A stretch of DNA of 64,000 nt from NCBI RefSeq assembly GCF_964204645.1, contig NC_134027.1, positions 26,560,560 through 26,624,559 of the forward strand, in the 5' to 3' direction. Below the pieces are notes generated by a model. The model saw only the letters and a list, made by a program, of their open reading frames with translations. It searched no databases and was not told the DNA's origin. Below are positions 1-13,910 of the stretch, in pieces (position 1 is the stretch's first letter; every line of letters starts with the position of its first letter). The DNA comes from Tubulanus polymorphus (taxonomy: Eukaryota > Animalia > Nemertea). A program made the translations under genes and the position numbers.

Positions 1-271
1 CCCCGATACTTACGACGTGAGAGTCTGAGCTTTAATCCATCTGTCTCGCGTTATTCAAACAACGTTCATCAGTTCAGAAAACTCAATTTGAATAAGAATC
101 GACATGACTTTGATCGTATTAACAGGATTCGAACTCAACATGTGAAATTTTTCCTCAGCTCAATTCGAGTGAATGAGGAGCCTAGGCATAAATATGAAAA
201 ATGATATTCGACTATCTAGCTAGAAATATCATGGGGCAGATGCAGGGGTAGGCTTTGACTGGAGTGAACTA

Positions 272-900
272 CAGTGAACCCCGATATAGCGCCCTGCCAT
301 ATACCACCACCCCCGCCTACCGGCAGGTTTTCTCAATGTACATATCAATACAAATACATAGTAAAACACCCCCGATATACCGCCCTGCCATATACCGCCA
401 CCCCCGCCTACCACCGGTTTTCTTAATCTACATATAATTACAAATACATAGTATAGTAAAATACCCCCGATATACCGCCCTGCCATATACCACCACCCCC
501 GCCTACCGCCAGGTTTTCTAAATCTACATATCAATACAAATACATAGTATAGTAAAACACCCCCGATATAGCGCCCTGCCATATACCGCAACCCCCGCCT
601 ACTGCCAGGTTTTCTCAATGTACATCTTTATACAAATACATAGTAAAACACCCCCGATATACCGCCCTGCCATATACCACCACCCCCGCCTACTGCCAGG
701 TTTTCTCAATGAACATCTCTATACAAATACATAGTAAAACACCCCCGATATACCGCCCTGCCATATACCGCCACCCCCGCCTACTGCCAGGTTTACTCAA
801 TGTACATATCAATACAAATACATAGTAAAACACCTCCGATATACCGCCATACTCTCTATACCGCCAAACTTGATGTGAGTGCTATATCAGGGGTTGACTG
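272..900. mobile_element. Tc1/mariner(pogo-like) MITE with internal tandem array
   Basis: TA|cagtgaaccccgatatagcgc at 272 and gtgctatatcaggggttgactg|TA ending at 900 are imperfect inverted termini with TA flanks. The interior is about six 91-96 bp tandem units. Confidence 0.75.
276..851. repeat. Tandem repeat, ~91-96 bp unit, ~6 copies
   Basis: The unit gtaaaacacccccgatataccgccctgccatatacc...aaatacata recurs at ~361, 456, 552, 643, 734 and 825. Confidence 0.9.
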
Positions 901-3799
901 TATATCCACACAAAACAGTGGTATGGAAATTTGGAAATTTCAGTGCATTCTGATACAATTACAGGCACTCGGTGATATAAGCTCCTGTACTCCAGATACA
1001 AGTGGAAGATAGGATCAAAAGAGTTTGCGTTTCGAAAAGGGCACAGGAAAATAACGATAATCTGGAGCCACAACCGATAAATTCACTCATTCAGCAAACT
1101 GATAGACGTTCACAAATCTTCCGAATGATTTTTCGATCAAGTCGTAAATGCCCTAGAAAATTGATACAGCGCGAAAAAATACATTTTCATTCATTCACAG
1201 ACATACGGGTTACCGGTATATTCATAGAATATTAAACATGTGACATAACTTAACAACCAGCAGCAGCGGGACATAATCATCGAAATCAAAATCTGTGAAT
1301 ATTTCTATCAATTATACATGTTAATCTTTCACATAATGTGCATAAAATCTTCTTTAAAAATAACATTTAACTCTGGCAAATTAATCACCTTTTATTCATA
1401 TCAATGATATGTTTGAAATGAGTAAACTTAACCAGAAAATATCAAAAATAAAATACCTCAATAGTCGGGGGCCTGGGATGGGAGTGCTCCCCCATAAAAC
1501 TGATGCAAATAGGAATGGAATTCCTGCAATTTGGTCTCGAATCAAGTTTCAAAGATATTTTGAATGAGAAAAGTGACATCGAGCAGTGAAATCTTTTTAA
1601 TCAAAGTTGAAATTATCTTGAGGCCCTGCAGTTCTATCATACCCTAGATCGAAACATCAAAATTCTTACAAAATCCATATCAGAAAATATCAAAATATCA
1701 CAATTCCTTCATAACCTTCCTTTCAAGAATATCACAAAATTCTCGACATGACTAAATGATTATTCCTCATTTTCACAAACTAGTGCATATCGATCACAGT
1801 ATAGAAACATATTCCACATCACAGATAGAGAGATATATAATAGAGGCCAATTTCTCATCAGAACATACATTAGTATGAACATTGGATGAAATAGCATTGT
1901 TACGATAGTAGCCGAAGATAAAATATCTGAGCTCATGAGATACGGAGTGTTACATCAAAAACAGCCTATAATAAGCATGATAGAGATGTACCGTGTATAC
2001 TGCCTTGAAGCTATATCAAACAACACGCAGAGAATTCATTGAGTATCCTCTACAGACACTGCGACCAGGTCCATTATTATCAGTATTTTGAAAGGATAGT
2101 AAATATATTCATCTATGACAGGCATCTATATTTTCTATGATATTTTCAATTAGTGTTCAGTGGATGTCGATACAGTTTATACATCAGGCCTGTAGGGGAT
2201 CCATGTCTGGGGGCAGCCCTGCCCTGTAGATTGGGCGGCTAATGGTCGTCTTAGATTGTGCAACACAAGGCAAAATTTACAAGGCTTAATTTTAGTAGTG
2301 GGTACCAGCGTCATATGCAGCCCTTAGGCTTCACTGGGCTTGAGTTATGTTTTGTAAAATGCTCTGTTTGTTTATATATCATTCTATACTGATAAGAATT
2401 GACTATTTCATCATTATATTATTTAAATTGTTTTATTACACATTTATTTTCAACAAAGTTGGCTGAATGGTAATCTGTAAGGCAAAACATACCTATGGCC
2501 TGTACGCAGTGATTTACCATAGGGTATTAATTTCTAGGTTTGATCAAGCATGCAATATATTGAAGAGTATTATTCTGAATAGCCAATGAGATTGAACAGG
2601 GAATTGTTTGGAAAATACTTTGTGGAAATCTATGTTATATTCACAGTTTACTATTCATGCTCTATGTGCGCGCTCACTCAGATTTCTGCTGCGATGATTC
2701 GGTAGAAGAAATGGATTATTAATTAAACGTGGAAACTAGCAGAAACCAGGTTCAGTATTGGTGACCTAAGATCAGCTAGATTCTCTAATCATTCTCCGCA
2801 GTAATGTTCCTAGATCTATCCTTTATTTTCCTGTGAATAAATTCTGGAAGTTGTATTAATTAGTTTTGACTTATGTATTTTGTTGTAGTGTTAGTAAACA
2901 ATAAATTTTCACCTGAAGCAGAGAATTGAGTATTTTCATCATTTGTGGCTAGGTATCAGATATTCAATGTTCAGGCTTCCAATTAACCTAAATGTTTCTA
3001 ATTAAAATACGTATTTTTGTTATTACTGATAGAATATTAAGGCTAATCATAATGACTCATAGGTAAAGCCTTCATTCAGTGCCTATACTTTATTTCTCAT
3101 AAAATATTCATCATTAAAATATATACATTTAAAAAGTAAATCACCAAATTTCAGCTGTGTCACACTGCAGTTCAACTCACTTAATTAGGTGGTGATTTAG
3201 TAGTTTAGATAGAGAGCTTTTTTACTGTTCTGTAGTAAAATTTAGGGCCTTCATCTGAGCAATTAGTTATAGGGCCGAGTATACTATGCATAAGTATAGG
3301 CTAGGCCCTATCAATTTATTTCTTGAAATGACTCCCAAGAGATGAGTCAAAATCGATTTAAACATTTAGATAATCATTTAATCATCATGAAGATTTTCAT
3401 GTGTTTTTACTGTTATTCAACTTTTAGAATACCATACTCTCTTCCAAAATTATAGGCCTACCATTGCTATATTCTATTTGAGATTAGATCTAAACTGTGT
3501 AGTATTCACAGTGGAGTTCTAAAAGGTCATAATTAGTGTAGTCGATCTTGATCTATGATGTAGAGCACATGAGCATTCTGTCAACATGAGGAGGAATGAG
3601 GATTCTAAGATGACTGTGTAGGGATACTACTGTAGTGTAGGCCTACCTACGGCTACGGCTACACAGAGTTGGACGAGGATGACGTCAATCAATACAGCTC
3701 AGAGTGACACCGAAACATACAACCAAACTACTGACTGTTACTACTGACAGACATAGCCTTCCTGGGCCAAACGACTAACAACCATAGTATTCAACTTAC

Positions 3800-3900
3800 C
3801 ATGTGGTCATATACGATCTCATCAAACGTGAGGAGAGTCCGGTCTAGCGATATTTACTTCCTCTTCTGGTTTTCCCACTCCACACTTAAAAATCACTTCC
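3800..3900 (-). other. Putative first exon of a gene divergent from AUH
   Basis: Minus strand reads ...gaccacATG|gtaagt (consensus donor at 3799-3794), about 310 bp upstream of the AUH ATG. ETS-like acttcc motifs lie nearby. No downstream coding exon was found in 1-3800. Confidence 0.3.
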
Positions 3901-4120
3901 GCGTTCGCAACGTCGCTTATATCAATATAGCAACAACAACAACACTATCGTTTCAATATCGATATCATTTAAACACTTTATTTACAAGAATACTGTATTT
4001 GATCGCGTACGATAAATGTATTTATGATTTTAGCGGATAAAAATGATTAACATTCCTTGAAAAACAAACTCGAAAAAGTCGGCGATTTTGTTTGTTACAA
4101 GCGGCATTCAAGATGGCCGC
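3850..4120. promoter_or_regulatory. AUH promoter region (possibly bidirectional)
   Basis: CpG-containing segment with acttcc (ETS-like) motifs and caagatggccgc (YY1-type motif overlapping the ATG) at 4109-4120. Confidence 0.45.
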
Positions 4121-7100
4121 GCCCATGAGAAATTTCATGAAAACGATTTTCGGGTTCAAAAACGTCAGAATCACAAGTCTGCAAGCCGCCAGATCGATAT
4201 CAGTGAATGCAAACAGCAATGATGAGTTCAGCTTGCATGTCTTAGACGAAGAAAATGAAGGTTTGTGTTCTTTTTTACATTTTTACTGGGGGAGAACGAA
4301 TTAAAGAAGAGAGAATCTGACCAAAAGGGCAAGAATGAGAAAAACTCGTCTTTGTCACAAGAAGACTTTTTGGTTAAACTTAGTCGTTGATAATTTAATT
4401 TGTATGTTATTGTATACAGAGTCATCTCTTTCTCAACTAATGAGTATCATTCCCTAAACTGGTGCCCTGTGTGTACAGCCTCTGATTGAACAGCTACAAT
4501 AATTCAATCCAGCTATTGCCTCTCATTCCTATGCACTATATGTACATTAAGAACTGATGTTACAAACGGTTGTGACTCGCATGGAACTAAAACTGTAATA
4601 AAGTCATATTACAGATGATCGAAAAATATAGTGAGATTTTGTTCAAGAGCGGCGTAGACCTACAATACAGTGGCAAAATATAAAACACGAACCTCGAAAC
4701 AAAATGAAAATCACCGGCTACCCTCCAAATCTTCATTTATTAGAATTTTATCAGAAATATATCAATTAGCCTAATATGAATGAAATATGAATATCAATTA
4801 ACTGTTATGATTTTTTTCACCTAATAAAGTGATTTTTTCAAATGATAGTTTATTTCTAGTGTTTCTTGTATGAGAAGTCATTCACTGATCCGTTTTCTCT
4901 ACATGCCGGAATTTTAAAGGGGCTGCGTTCATTGTGAAGTGTATGACATTGTGGCTGCTCTAGTAGCAAGGCTTTCAACCCATCCAAAAATACAGAATTT
5001 TGGTGTTATCTTCTATTTTTCGCATTAGCTCAATATATTTCAAAGCAATTATCAGCATTGATACGATATTGACATCCACTCTGTGGTTTGGGCAGTAGAT
5101 ATTTCATTAGTCACTGATTTTTTGGGGTTGGATGTAAAAATGAAAACCTGTTGTTCAGAACACCGTTTTTAATTACGATTTTGCATTCAAACAAGGGATT
5201 GTTCATGGTGAGAAATACATTTCGTTTTAAATTATGATATCAGGTGGCAGCACTGCCTTGTCCATCCTCTTTACTGCAACCTTGTGCCAATCACTGATCA
5301 TATATGCATAAATTCATCGCTACGTGTCTCATATTGCGCATAGATTAGTGTTTAATTGAATAATTATTCATTGATTAATTCAACATACGTAACATAATTA
5401 GCTCTCAATTGTTCACGTGTATCATTTTGTATCATTTTGTGAAATTAGAATTTGGACGGTTAGTTAAAAATGCTATCAAAAAATTACAACCAACTTTTAG
5501 ACTTATCATTGGATGAATTACGAATATTCAATGTTCTTCTGAATAAATTATCATGAATTTGATTTGATATGTCAATGTAGATGCTTTACTAAAACTTGAT
5601 TTACAGGGTCCCCTACAACTCCTTGATTCCTTAGAAGTGCAGGGTCCCCTACAACTCCTTGATTCCTTAGAAGTGAACGGATAATGCTTTTGAAGGTGCT
5701 TTAAACTCCTTGAATGTGAACAAAATGCCCAAAACCCCTTAATAAACTCTTTCAATTTTGAGAAATAGACAATTCGAAATGTTTGTCTAATTTGTAGTTG
5801 TATAGTAAACTTACACCAAAAATATTTTTACCCTATTTAAGGCGGTTGCCAAAATCGAAACCAAGTTTAGGTTGTGTTAAGGATAAGAATTTGCTTACAA
5901 AACCACTGAATTAATGGTTTACAATACCGATTTAGGAGGAGTCTAATGTAATTGGGATGAAATCTGAAATTTTCTCCTTTAAAACTCCTTGGAACTCAGA
6001 CTGTTCTGTAGGGACTCTGATTTGTGAAAAAAAATCGTTTGTGAATCATGTAAATGTTTCGTTGATCGGCTTTAAATCTTTCTTCTGCATTCACAATTGT
6101 TCATATTTTTGACCTGGTTTCATGCATTCAGCCTGAGTTCCGATGTATAGAAAATATGCTTGCAAATATACATGTTTTCTAAAAGTATCCTATCAACTGT
6201 ACAATCTGTCATCTGAGTCGCCTCCACTTGTGTCGGTAAATACGTTTCGAGAGAAAAAAAAAGACTCGAGGTCTTTGTGCGTTTTTCATGACAATGAATT
6301 TGCGATGATTCGCTAAGTGCAAATAGAGTAAATGCATCAATGAAATCTTTTTTGACTTAGCTCTTGGCAAAAACACGGACTATATGACGGATATAGTCCG
6401 TGGTAAGAACAAATCTGTAACCTAGAAACTATCATCAGCAAAAATCAGAAATTAAGTAAGACATAAAATGATTTATTTAAAGTTAAACTATTTCTATTTG
6501 GTTTCATGCAACGTTACATTGATTGACATTTCATTTTTCAATCGACCTTTTTCCTATTTCTCAATGAAAATTACAACAGAAGTACAAGACATCGATATCG
6601 ATAAAACGAACATCAACAGTTTACTCAACTAAAGTTCAAATCCCTGCAATATTTTATCACCAAAATCTTTTGTAAACAACTACCACTGAACATCGTATTA
6701 ATCCTAATGGGTTTTCGATAAATCCTGATAATTTTTGGCAAAAATTGTAAAGTGTTATTCCTAGCGTCGTGGCTGATATAGTTTGCTGCGCGTTATGATG
6801 ATTTTGTGTTCTTTTATAGCCAAGAATCTGTGCAAACTAGCCCTCTTGATCTGGACCGGGTATCGGTCGGTCCCCCTGATCTCCTAACATATAAGTCAAC
6901 AACTCTCGCGCGCTTTACACAAAAACCTAGAGCTAATTGGTTTACTGTATAAAGATTAATATCATTGAGAATAATAAGCTTCTGACTGACCTGTTTATTT
7001 AGAATCTTCACCCGGATTCTGTTCGTGAAGAGGCGTCCTGGATTCTGTGAAATGAGGTGACCCACGTCGCACGTCGAGACTCACACCCGGAAATGATTGT

Positions 7101-10100
7101 GATGTAACGCTTTGTTTCCCTCAGCTTTCTTATACACATTTCCGATTGGACCTCGTCTGAAACAAATGTCTTGATAAGTTAATACGAATTAAAAGTTCCG
7201 CCCCGAATTGATATCCGAGCGAGCGATTATATTAAATTCGGAAGCGCCGATTTTTCGAGAGGATACGCGGTAATTAACATGGATGTATTTTCGGGGGAAG
7301 TTGTCACCAGACGATTGGTCGCATTCCGAGTCAAGACATTACGAGGATGACAGGATCAGTTTTAGCATTGGGAACGGAACAGAAGTTAAAGTAGGGAGGC
7401 AGTGAAGTTTGTGATTGAGACGCCGTATCCGGGAGGGGGTTTGACAACGTCACAGGATACAGGACATGTTTTGCGCGCTGTAGCGAGTACTGTTTCATTG
7501 GCATATTCATTATACTATTAACAATAACACTTAATATGTATCCAACGTTTCGATGTCAAAAACGTCGCTTGTTTCTATTATATTTTCTGATTTGACCACA
7601 TTGAAGTGCGTCAATTATAACTCATTGTTCTCTCTCTCTCTCTCGCTCTGCTAATGTACCGGTACCGAACAACCACGGTCCGTATCTGAAATATTGAAGT
7701 ACTATTACTTCCGAGTGAATTTTTTTCAAAAATTTCAAGTCTTCCAGACACGAGGGTCGGTTTTTGTTTTTTGTGTGATTTTGCCATATGACCGGCGATT
7801 GTGAGTGGAAATTCTGCCCACACAGAAGATGAAATCAAACATGAAACACTCTTCGAATCTATTAAATTCGTTATTCCTGCGCATCTCGCGCTATGTTATA
7901 AAAACTGATATTTATTCAAAATTTGCGAAGCCTCTCAGAGAATATCGCTTTGACTTGAGATTATGTAAGTACTGTGAGAACAGTTGGCAATGAATTTTAT
8001 CATTTAGCACATGTTCCCGAAGATGTGAATCTTAATTTCAATAGATCGGCCTAGAGAACTATCATTAGAAACAGTAACGCTATCAAATATCAAAAACTCA
8101 AAAAAATATATTTACTAATTAGCTACCGGTATATAACTTATATAATAGATGATTGTTTATAGATATATTTCTATCGGAGAATAGAACGGGGTGAGTAAAT
8201 TGGTTGTTACTTTATTTTCTATATTTCTTACGAAACTTAGAACTGTTTGAATTTCCCACATAATGCGTGTCACATGATAGAAAGTTTATGGAGAAGGTGT
8301 TGAATATTTAATGACGCCAGCGTGATGTCATGTGTCGTTGTACGGTAGAGTTTCTATTACCTGTTAATACTTTCAACTCTTATACAGATTATTTATTATA
8401 AGGAAGTTACCTCAGAATATCAAACTTTCAAATACTCACAGAAGAATGATTTTAGTTAGTTATTTCTAGTTTTTCATAAATACACAAGCAATAATTTACA
8501 AAAAAAAAGAACTAATTGTTTACACCCAACGCTGATTTCTAGTGGCGTAAGGGTATTGCGTACTGTTGTCGACCCTCAGGCAAAAGTTATGATACACCAA
8601 AATAGGAAATCATCAAAGTACTAAAAAGTCGTAACACTGTTGACACCTCAACTCACATATATTTCTATAACGGCTATTCACACAATATTTCTAGGATTTG
8701 CCGTTCTGAGAGGCAACTTCTGTAACGTTTTAAGTATTTTATGCAAAAATTTATGATGTCAATTGAAACGTGAAGTGATTTTTTGTCGATACTGTAGTAT
8801 TGGTATGTGATCGTTGGGGATAGGGTCATTACGTGCGAACTATACTTTCCTCTGCCGGGTTCACTCGGTACAACTTAACACAATCAATTCAGTATATTGC
8901 GCACTTTCTGGACACAGTTTTTCTGAAATTGTTTGATCACGCGACCAGTGTAAATTTGATATGTGTATTTACATTTTTTTCAAGACGCGTAAATTGTTTT
9001 CGAAATCGATAGAGAATTTAATTCAATTTTCAATGTTTATTCATGATTCAAAAACATGTATTTGTTTTCGGACGGATGATTATTATTTAAAGTATGAAAA
9101 CCAGTTCGTATTCGTAGCTATGATTAAACAAAACTGAACTTGAACTTGAAATATTAGATGAATATCAAGACAGTCAAACCTAATAATGGAAATGTAGAAT
9201 AGATAATGGAATTAAAACCATTAAAATTTAAATTAATTCAGATATTGAAAACAAAATTTATTCATCAAAAATTAAAATCTAAAATCAAACGTTGTAGAGG
9301 TCTCTGTAAAGACCTTAAATTCTTAACGGATAAATTTTGTTTTTAATGAATTTATATATAGCGGGTTTAAACTCTCCAGTCAAACCTGCTTAATGGGGAT
9401 CAGTTGGGGGCCGATGAAATTCATCCGCAACATCATATTTAACTTAGATTTATTTATAGATCGACTTAAACGATCGAATTAGACCAAAATCATCAGGATT
9501 GAACTGATCTGAAGAATTGAGCGCATTTGACTATTTTAATTTCTTATTAATGCTATTTATCATATTTCTGTTAATAATGATATTTGTTATTGGAGCTTCA
9601 CAGATGTTTTTCTAGTATATATTTCACACTGGAACTACAGGCATAGCGACTACTTGAAGTCCTTTATGAATATGCAACTGGCCAACAGTCTACTTCATGT
9701 ATTCACCGAGGATGATCTCGATAGCTTTTGAAGTGGTGTGCTTTTGCTGACCAGCTATGTTCGTTTTTGCTGTGAAATGTACCTAAGAAGCTTTGATACC
9801 ACTTCAATACGATGTTTAGAATAACCCCTGTGACCAGTTCTTCCCATCATTAACACGACTGACAGTTCATTGAAACGGCATTCGAACCAAAGAACAATAA
9901 AATTAGGCATTTTTTCAAACACGATATCAATGTTTTCATCCGGGAACTGATTTAGATAAAAACTGTTTATGATGATATATATAGAAAATCCCACATTCAA
10001 AAAAGGAAAACAAGTCCTTTTAGTTTAACGATTTACCGATATTTTCAATATTTCGACTTTATCCTAATAGTAGTCATCTTCAGGAATAGAATGTGATTAT

Positions 10101-13100
10101 AATCTTATTAAAATGTAATTATATAATATGAGGATAAAGTCAAAATTTCGAAGCTATTATCACCATACAACGCAGACTCAGAGTATTTCATCAATGGTTA
10201 TAAACTGCTTATGGTAATCTCTATTCTATATCTTTCAGGAATTGTTGTGTTTAATATGAACCGACCTAAAGCCAAAAATGCCATCAGTAAAAATCTACTT
10301 CGACTGGTAAATATACTGAAATTGATTTCTGATGATAAGATGATATTTGTTTTACTCGTTATTTTCATGGATACCTGTGATTTCTCTTATAGTTTGGTGA
10401 AGCGATTGAGATGGTGAAATCAGATACTACCGTGCGAACAGTTCTACTCAGAAGTCAAGTTCCTGGAATATTTTGCGCCGGTCAGTTGTGATTTCGCCGT
10501 AACTTCAATATTATAAACACGTAGATTTTTTTCATTGCTCCTTATGAAAACTGCGAAATATCTTCAAATGAATTTTGTCTCTATGATTTCAAGGAGCTGA
10601 TTTGAAAGAACGAGCGAAAATGGCACCGGAAGAGGTCGGACCATTCGTGAGTCTTGCGAGAAAAACGATATCAGATTTTTCAAATCTTCCAATGCCGGTA
10701 ATAGCTGTTATTGATGGAGCAGCGCTAGGGGGAGGTCTAGAAATGGCTCTGGCATGTGACCTCAGAGTCGCTGGTATGTTATTCTAAAATTTAAATTCAA
10801 TTTGCTAGAAAATCTACTTTTGAATGCAAGGTATTTTCCCAGTTATTGAAGCACATGCCTGAAGTCTTCATCGACAGAAAGGGTTCTTATAGATCAGGAA
10901 ACATCTGGGGATTCTGACTCCTTTGTTTAAGATTGAGAAGTCAGGGAATTTTTTATATCTTGTTCTTTGTGGTGACAAGTTGTCACAAGGAAGCTCTTTA
11001 GAAGAAAATACCACTGAAAATATCTTATTATTCAATCTTGGAACTTTTGGTCGAGGGTCAGGGAAATATCCGGCATTTTAGCATCCGCTGATCTGTAAGA
11101 ACCCTGGATTATAGATTTTAATGTTATTCTCTATTTTCAGCTAGTAATGCAAAGATGGGTCTTGTTGAAACGAAATTAGCGATAATACCCGGTGCAGGTA
11201 ACTGACTACGTTTTATAACATCTATTTAGCTAAGCCAATAATTCATAAAGACTATGTTTAGGCTAAAACAATTGTAATTTCTCATTTCTGGGGCAAGTTG
11301 ACCCTGTCGACTGCCTATCTACCCTGTACAATACTTTTTTAAATCATGATCAATCTAGCCATAATAATTTTCATTGAAAAATAGGAAAAAAAGTAGATTG
11401 AAAAATGGAACATAAATCAATGTAACGTTGCACGAAACCAATTAGAAATAGTTTTCATGTAAATGATGTTTAACTCTGAATATGGTTAGATTATCTTATT
11501 TTTATGAATTAATGGCTAAAAGCATATTCTCTACGTGAAATACATGAGTATACTGTAAATCACTGGCCATCTTTCATCTTATGAAACCGATTCACGCGGA
11601 AAAAATCTAAAGGGATATTCGTTACATCTTATAGAACGAGATAATAAATTTTGACCCAGAATCTAATGAAGGTTCTCTCCGGCGACGCATTGAGTGACGC
11701 ACTCCAAACTTTCTCCGGTGACTCTTCAGTCGTTTAGAGAAAGACGTCACGAGTCGAAGTCGTCGTGATTCGATACGGAAACGAGTGCCGACCGCGGCGT
11801 CGGTTGTTGTGAATCGCGACAGAAATGCGACGACGCACAAAACGGGGAAATAAACGGTGGAAGAAACGTCAGCTGGCGGCGATGATTGATAAAAATATGC
11901 GCTCAATTAAGAAATAGCTCGAGTTAATAATTCATGCTCAGTTATGGTTGCATTTCATCTGAGTTTCTGAATTATTTCTCTCTCCTGATCAAACACACCG
12001 TCCTTTATCACGTGATTACAGTCCGTTCCTAGATAACGAATAAACTGATGTTATTCCCAGCGCGATGAACACAATAAATTGATAGTTATGATGTAATGAG
12101 TGGATTTAGGGGCTGGACACGGGGGCTCATCGAGGTTGCTCTTATCATCAAGACTAAGATCGACTATAAGCGACAACTACCAAGAAACAAATGATTGACA
12201 AATTTCAAAATGTTTTCTTCGGTTTATTTTTCCCTTGGTTTTGGTAATTCCTGGAGCGGATCTAGGGGGATGTTTGGGTGCCCCCTCAAATTTGAAATGT
12301 CATCAAATATGTCACCCCAAAATTTTTTGGACCAAGATTTTCCACCTATAATAATTTTTTCAACCCATGAAATGACCAACAGCACCCTAAGATGGTGTAG
12401 AAGTATACAGAGTACGTGGTGTTACGTAAAAAGTGCCCGTTGTCTCATTGGACACCCCCCCCCCACCAACACCCCCATGGAAAATCCTAGATCCACCCCT
12501 GACCTCTGTTATAAGAATGTATTAATTGTTAAATGTAGGTGGCACTCAGAGATTACCGCGTTTAGTAGGAACATCGATCGCTAAAGAGTTGATATTCACA
12601 GCACGAGTTTTAGACGGTAATGAAGCTCACAAATTTCAACTGGTCAATCATGTTACGCAACAAAATGAAAACGGCGATGCCGCTTATTTGAAAGCGCTTG
12701 AAGTTGCCAGGCAAATCACTCCCCAGGTATAGATAGAAAAATAAATCATCTACCGTATCAGTTTAAATATGACTTTAGTTCAAATTTTCAAACTTCTAAT
12801 ATCGCGATTTCAGGGACCAATAGCTGTAAGAATGGCTAAATTAGCAATTAATAAAGGAATTGATTGTGATTTGAATACAGCTTTAACTGTGGAGGAAACT
12901 TGTTATGAACAAGTAAGTTTATAATTGTAATCTACAGTCATCCCATAACAGGTGTGGATGCAGTGGGTATTAACCATATATCGCCCAAAATAAGGTGTTG
13001 AATTATAAGTGCCCTTCAAAATAAAGTGGTTCATTCTTATAGCCACAAGGAGCCCTCTGAATGCTCATAAATTTTAGAATTTTAAACCCCTTTGTTTGGC

Positions 13101-13606
13101 ATCACACCCTTACCGTTAGTTTTGGGAAGGATACTGGGAGTGCCCTTTTTGTACCCTCAATGTTTCTTTCAATGCTGTCTCGCACCCTGACCTAGTTAGT
13201 TACCTAATCATTGGTGGTAAGATTTTGTTGTCGGATGGGCTCATACCAATATGGTCTCATGGTTTGTGAAACGAAACCACAGACATGTTACTGACCTGCC
13301 CTGACCCTGGATCTACCCCTGCCCGTTAAAGGGAGCACATTGCGAATTCATGATTTGTGCAGTATAGAGAGCATGGAGGCATATCAAGGGTTAATTTTGA
13401 CTAGTTGAATCCAGATCTAGTTAAATTCAGAAAAAAACCTGTCATCAGGCGGTGGTAGGGGTTTATGAGTGGGTATTATATAAAACCTACGTATGATTGA
13501 TTCATAGTTTATTGTTTGATATTTACAGGTTATTCCAACTAAAGACAGGATAGAAGGCCTTACAGCATTTCGAGAAAAGCGTCCACCACGATACACTGGA
13601 GAATAG
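4113..13606 (+). CDS. AUH: Methylglutaconyl-CoA hydratase, mitochondrial (AU-binding enoyl-CoA hydratase), 8 exons
   Basis: Exons 4113-4260, 10239-10306, 10393-10480, 10594-10773, 11141-11197, 12539-12726, 12814-12912, 13529-13606, all GT-AG and in frame. Crotonase motifs: [73 protein letters not shown]. Arg/Lys-rich mitochondrial-type N-terminus. aataaa at 13756. Confidence 0.95.
4918..5095 (+). mobile_element. DNA transposon end fragment (ttaa|aggg terminus, Kolobok-like)
   Basis: ttaa|aggggctgcgttcattg... matches 22250-22425 in reverse complement. The superfamily is inferred from the TTAA flank only. Confidence 0.5.
5604..6019 (+). mobile_element. hAT-like MITE family A (cagggtcc...gggactctg)
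   Basis: Inverted termini cagggtcccctaca / tgtagggactctg, with a 36-bp tandem duplication at the left end. Related copies in opposite orientation at ~46861-47259, 56009-56230 and 56490-56813. Confidence 0.65.
10880..11106. mobile_element. hAT-like MITE family B
   Basis: agggttcttatagatcag ... ctgatctgtaagaaccctg inverted termini. Related termini at 59462-59720 and 21231-21248. Confidence 0.6.
12252..12501. mobile_element. MITE family C (gg(a/g)g(c/t)ggatctagg termini)
   Basis: ggagcggatctagg ... cctagatccacccctg inverted termini. Similar ends at ~13306, 57311 and 58405. Confidence 0.55.
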
Positions 13607-13910
13607 ATACCTGTTTATATATATATATATATAATCACAGAACTTTGTCTGATCCGCTTCAGTTCTGTTGTTCTATGACTTCAGTTTACGGGTTTACAAT
13701 GAGTTTTGTTTTGAATAGAAGTTGATTTAAATGTATTGATCATGAACTGCTGTGTAATAAATGATTTGTAAAATATTTCATTGTATTAGTTGGATATAAA
13801 TAGATGGTCAGCGCAGTGGAGGGAACCTTCCTGTTCTGATACTGTATGATGACCACTGGAGTTGAACCTCGTTAGTACGATTCTGTTAATGACGAAACCC
13901 GCCCATATAC

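Noticed and set aside
229-1012. ORFs at 229-618, 255-437 and 800-1012
   Set aside because: They derive from the MITE-internal tandem repeat.
9755-10000. ORF containing LMMGRTGHR, reminiscent of a Crypton tyrosine-recombinase box II
   Set aside because: No upstream HxLR motif or downstream catalytic Tyr spacing is visible; the match is too short to support.
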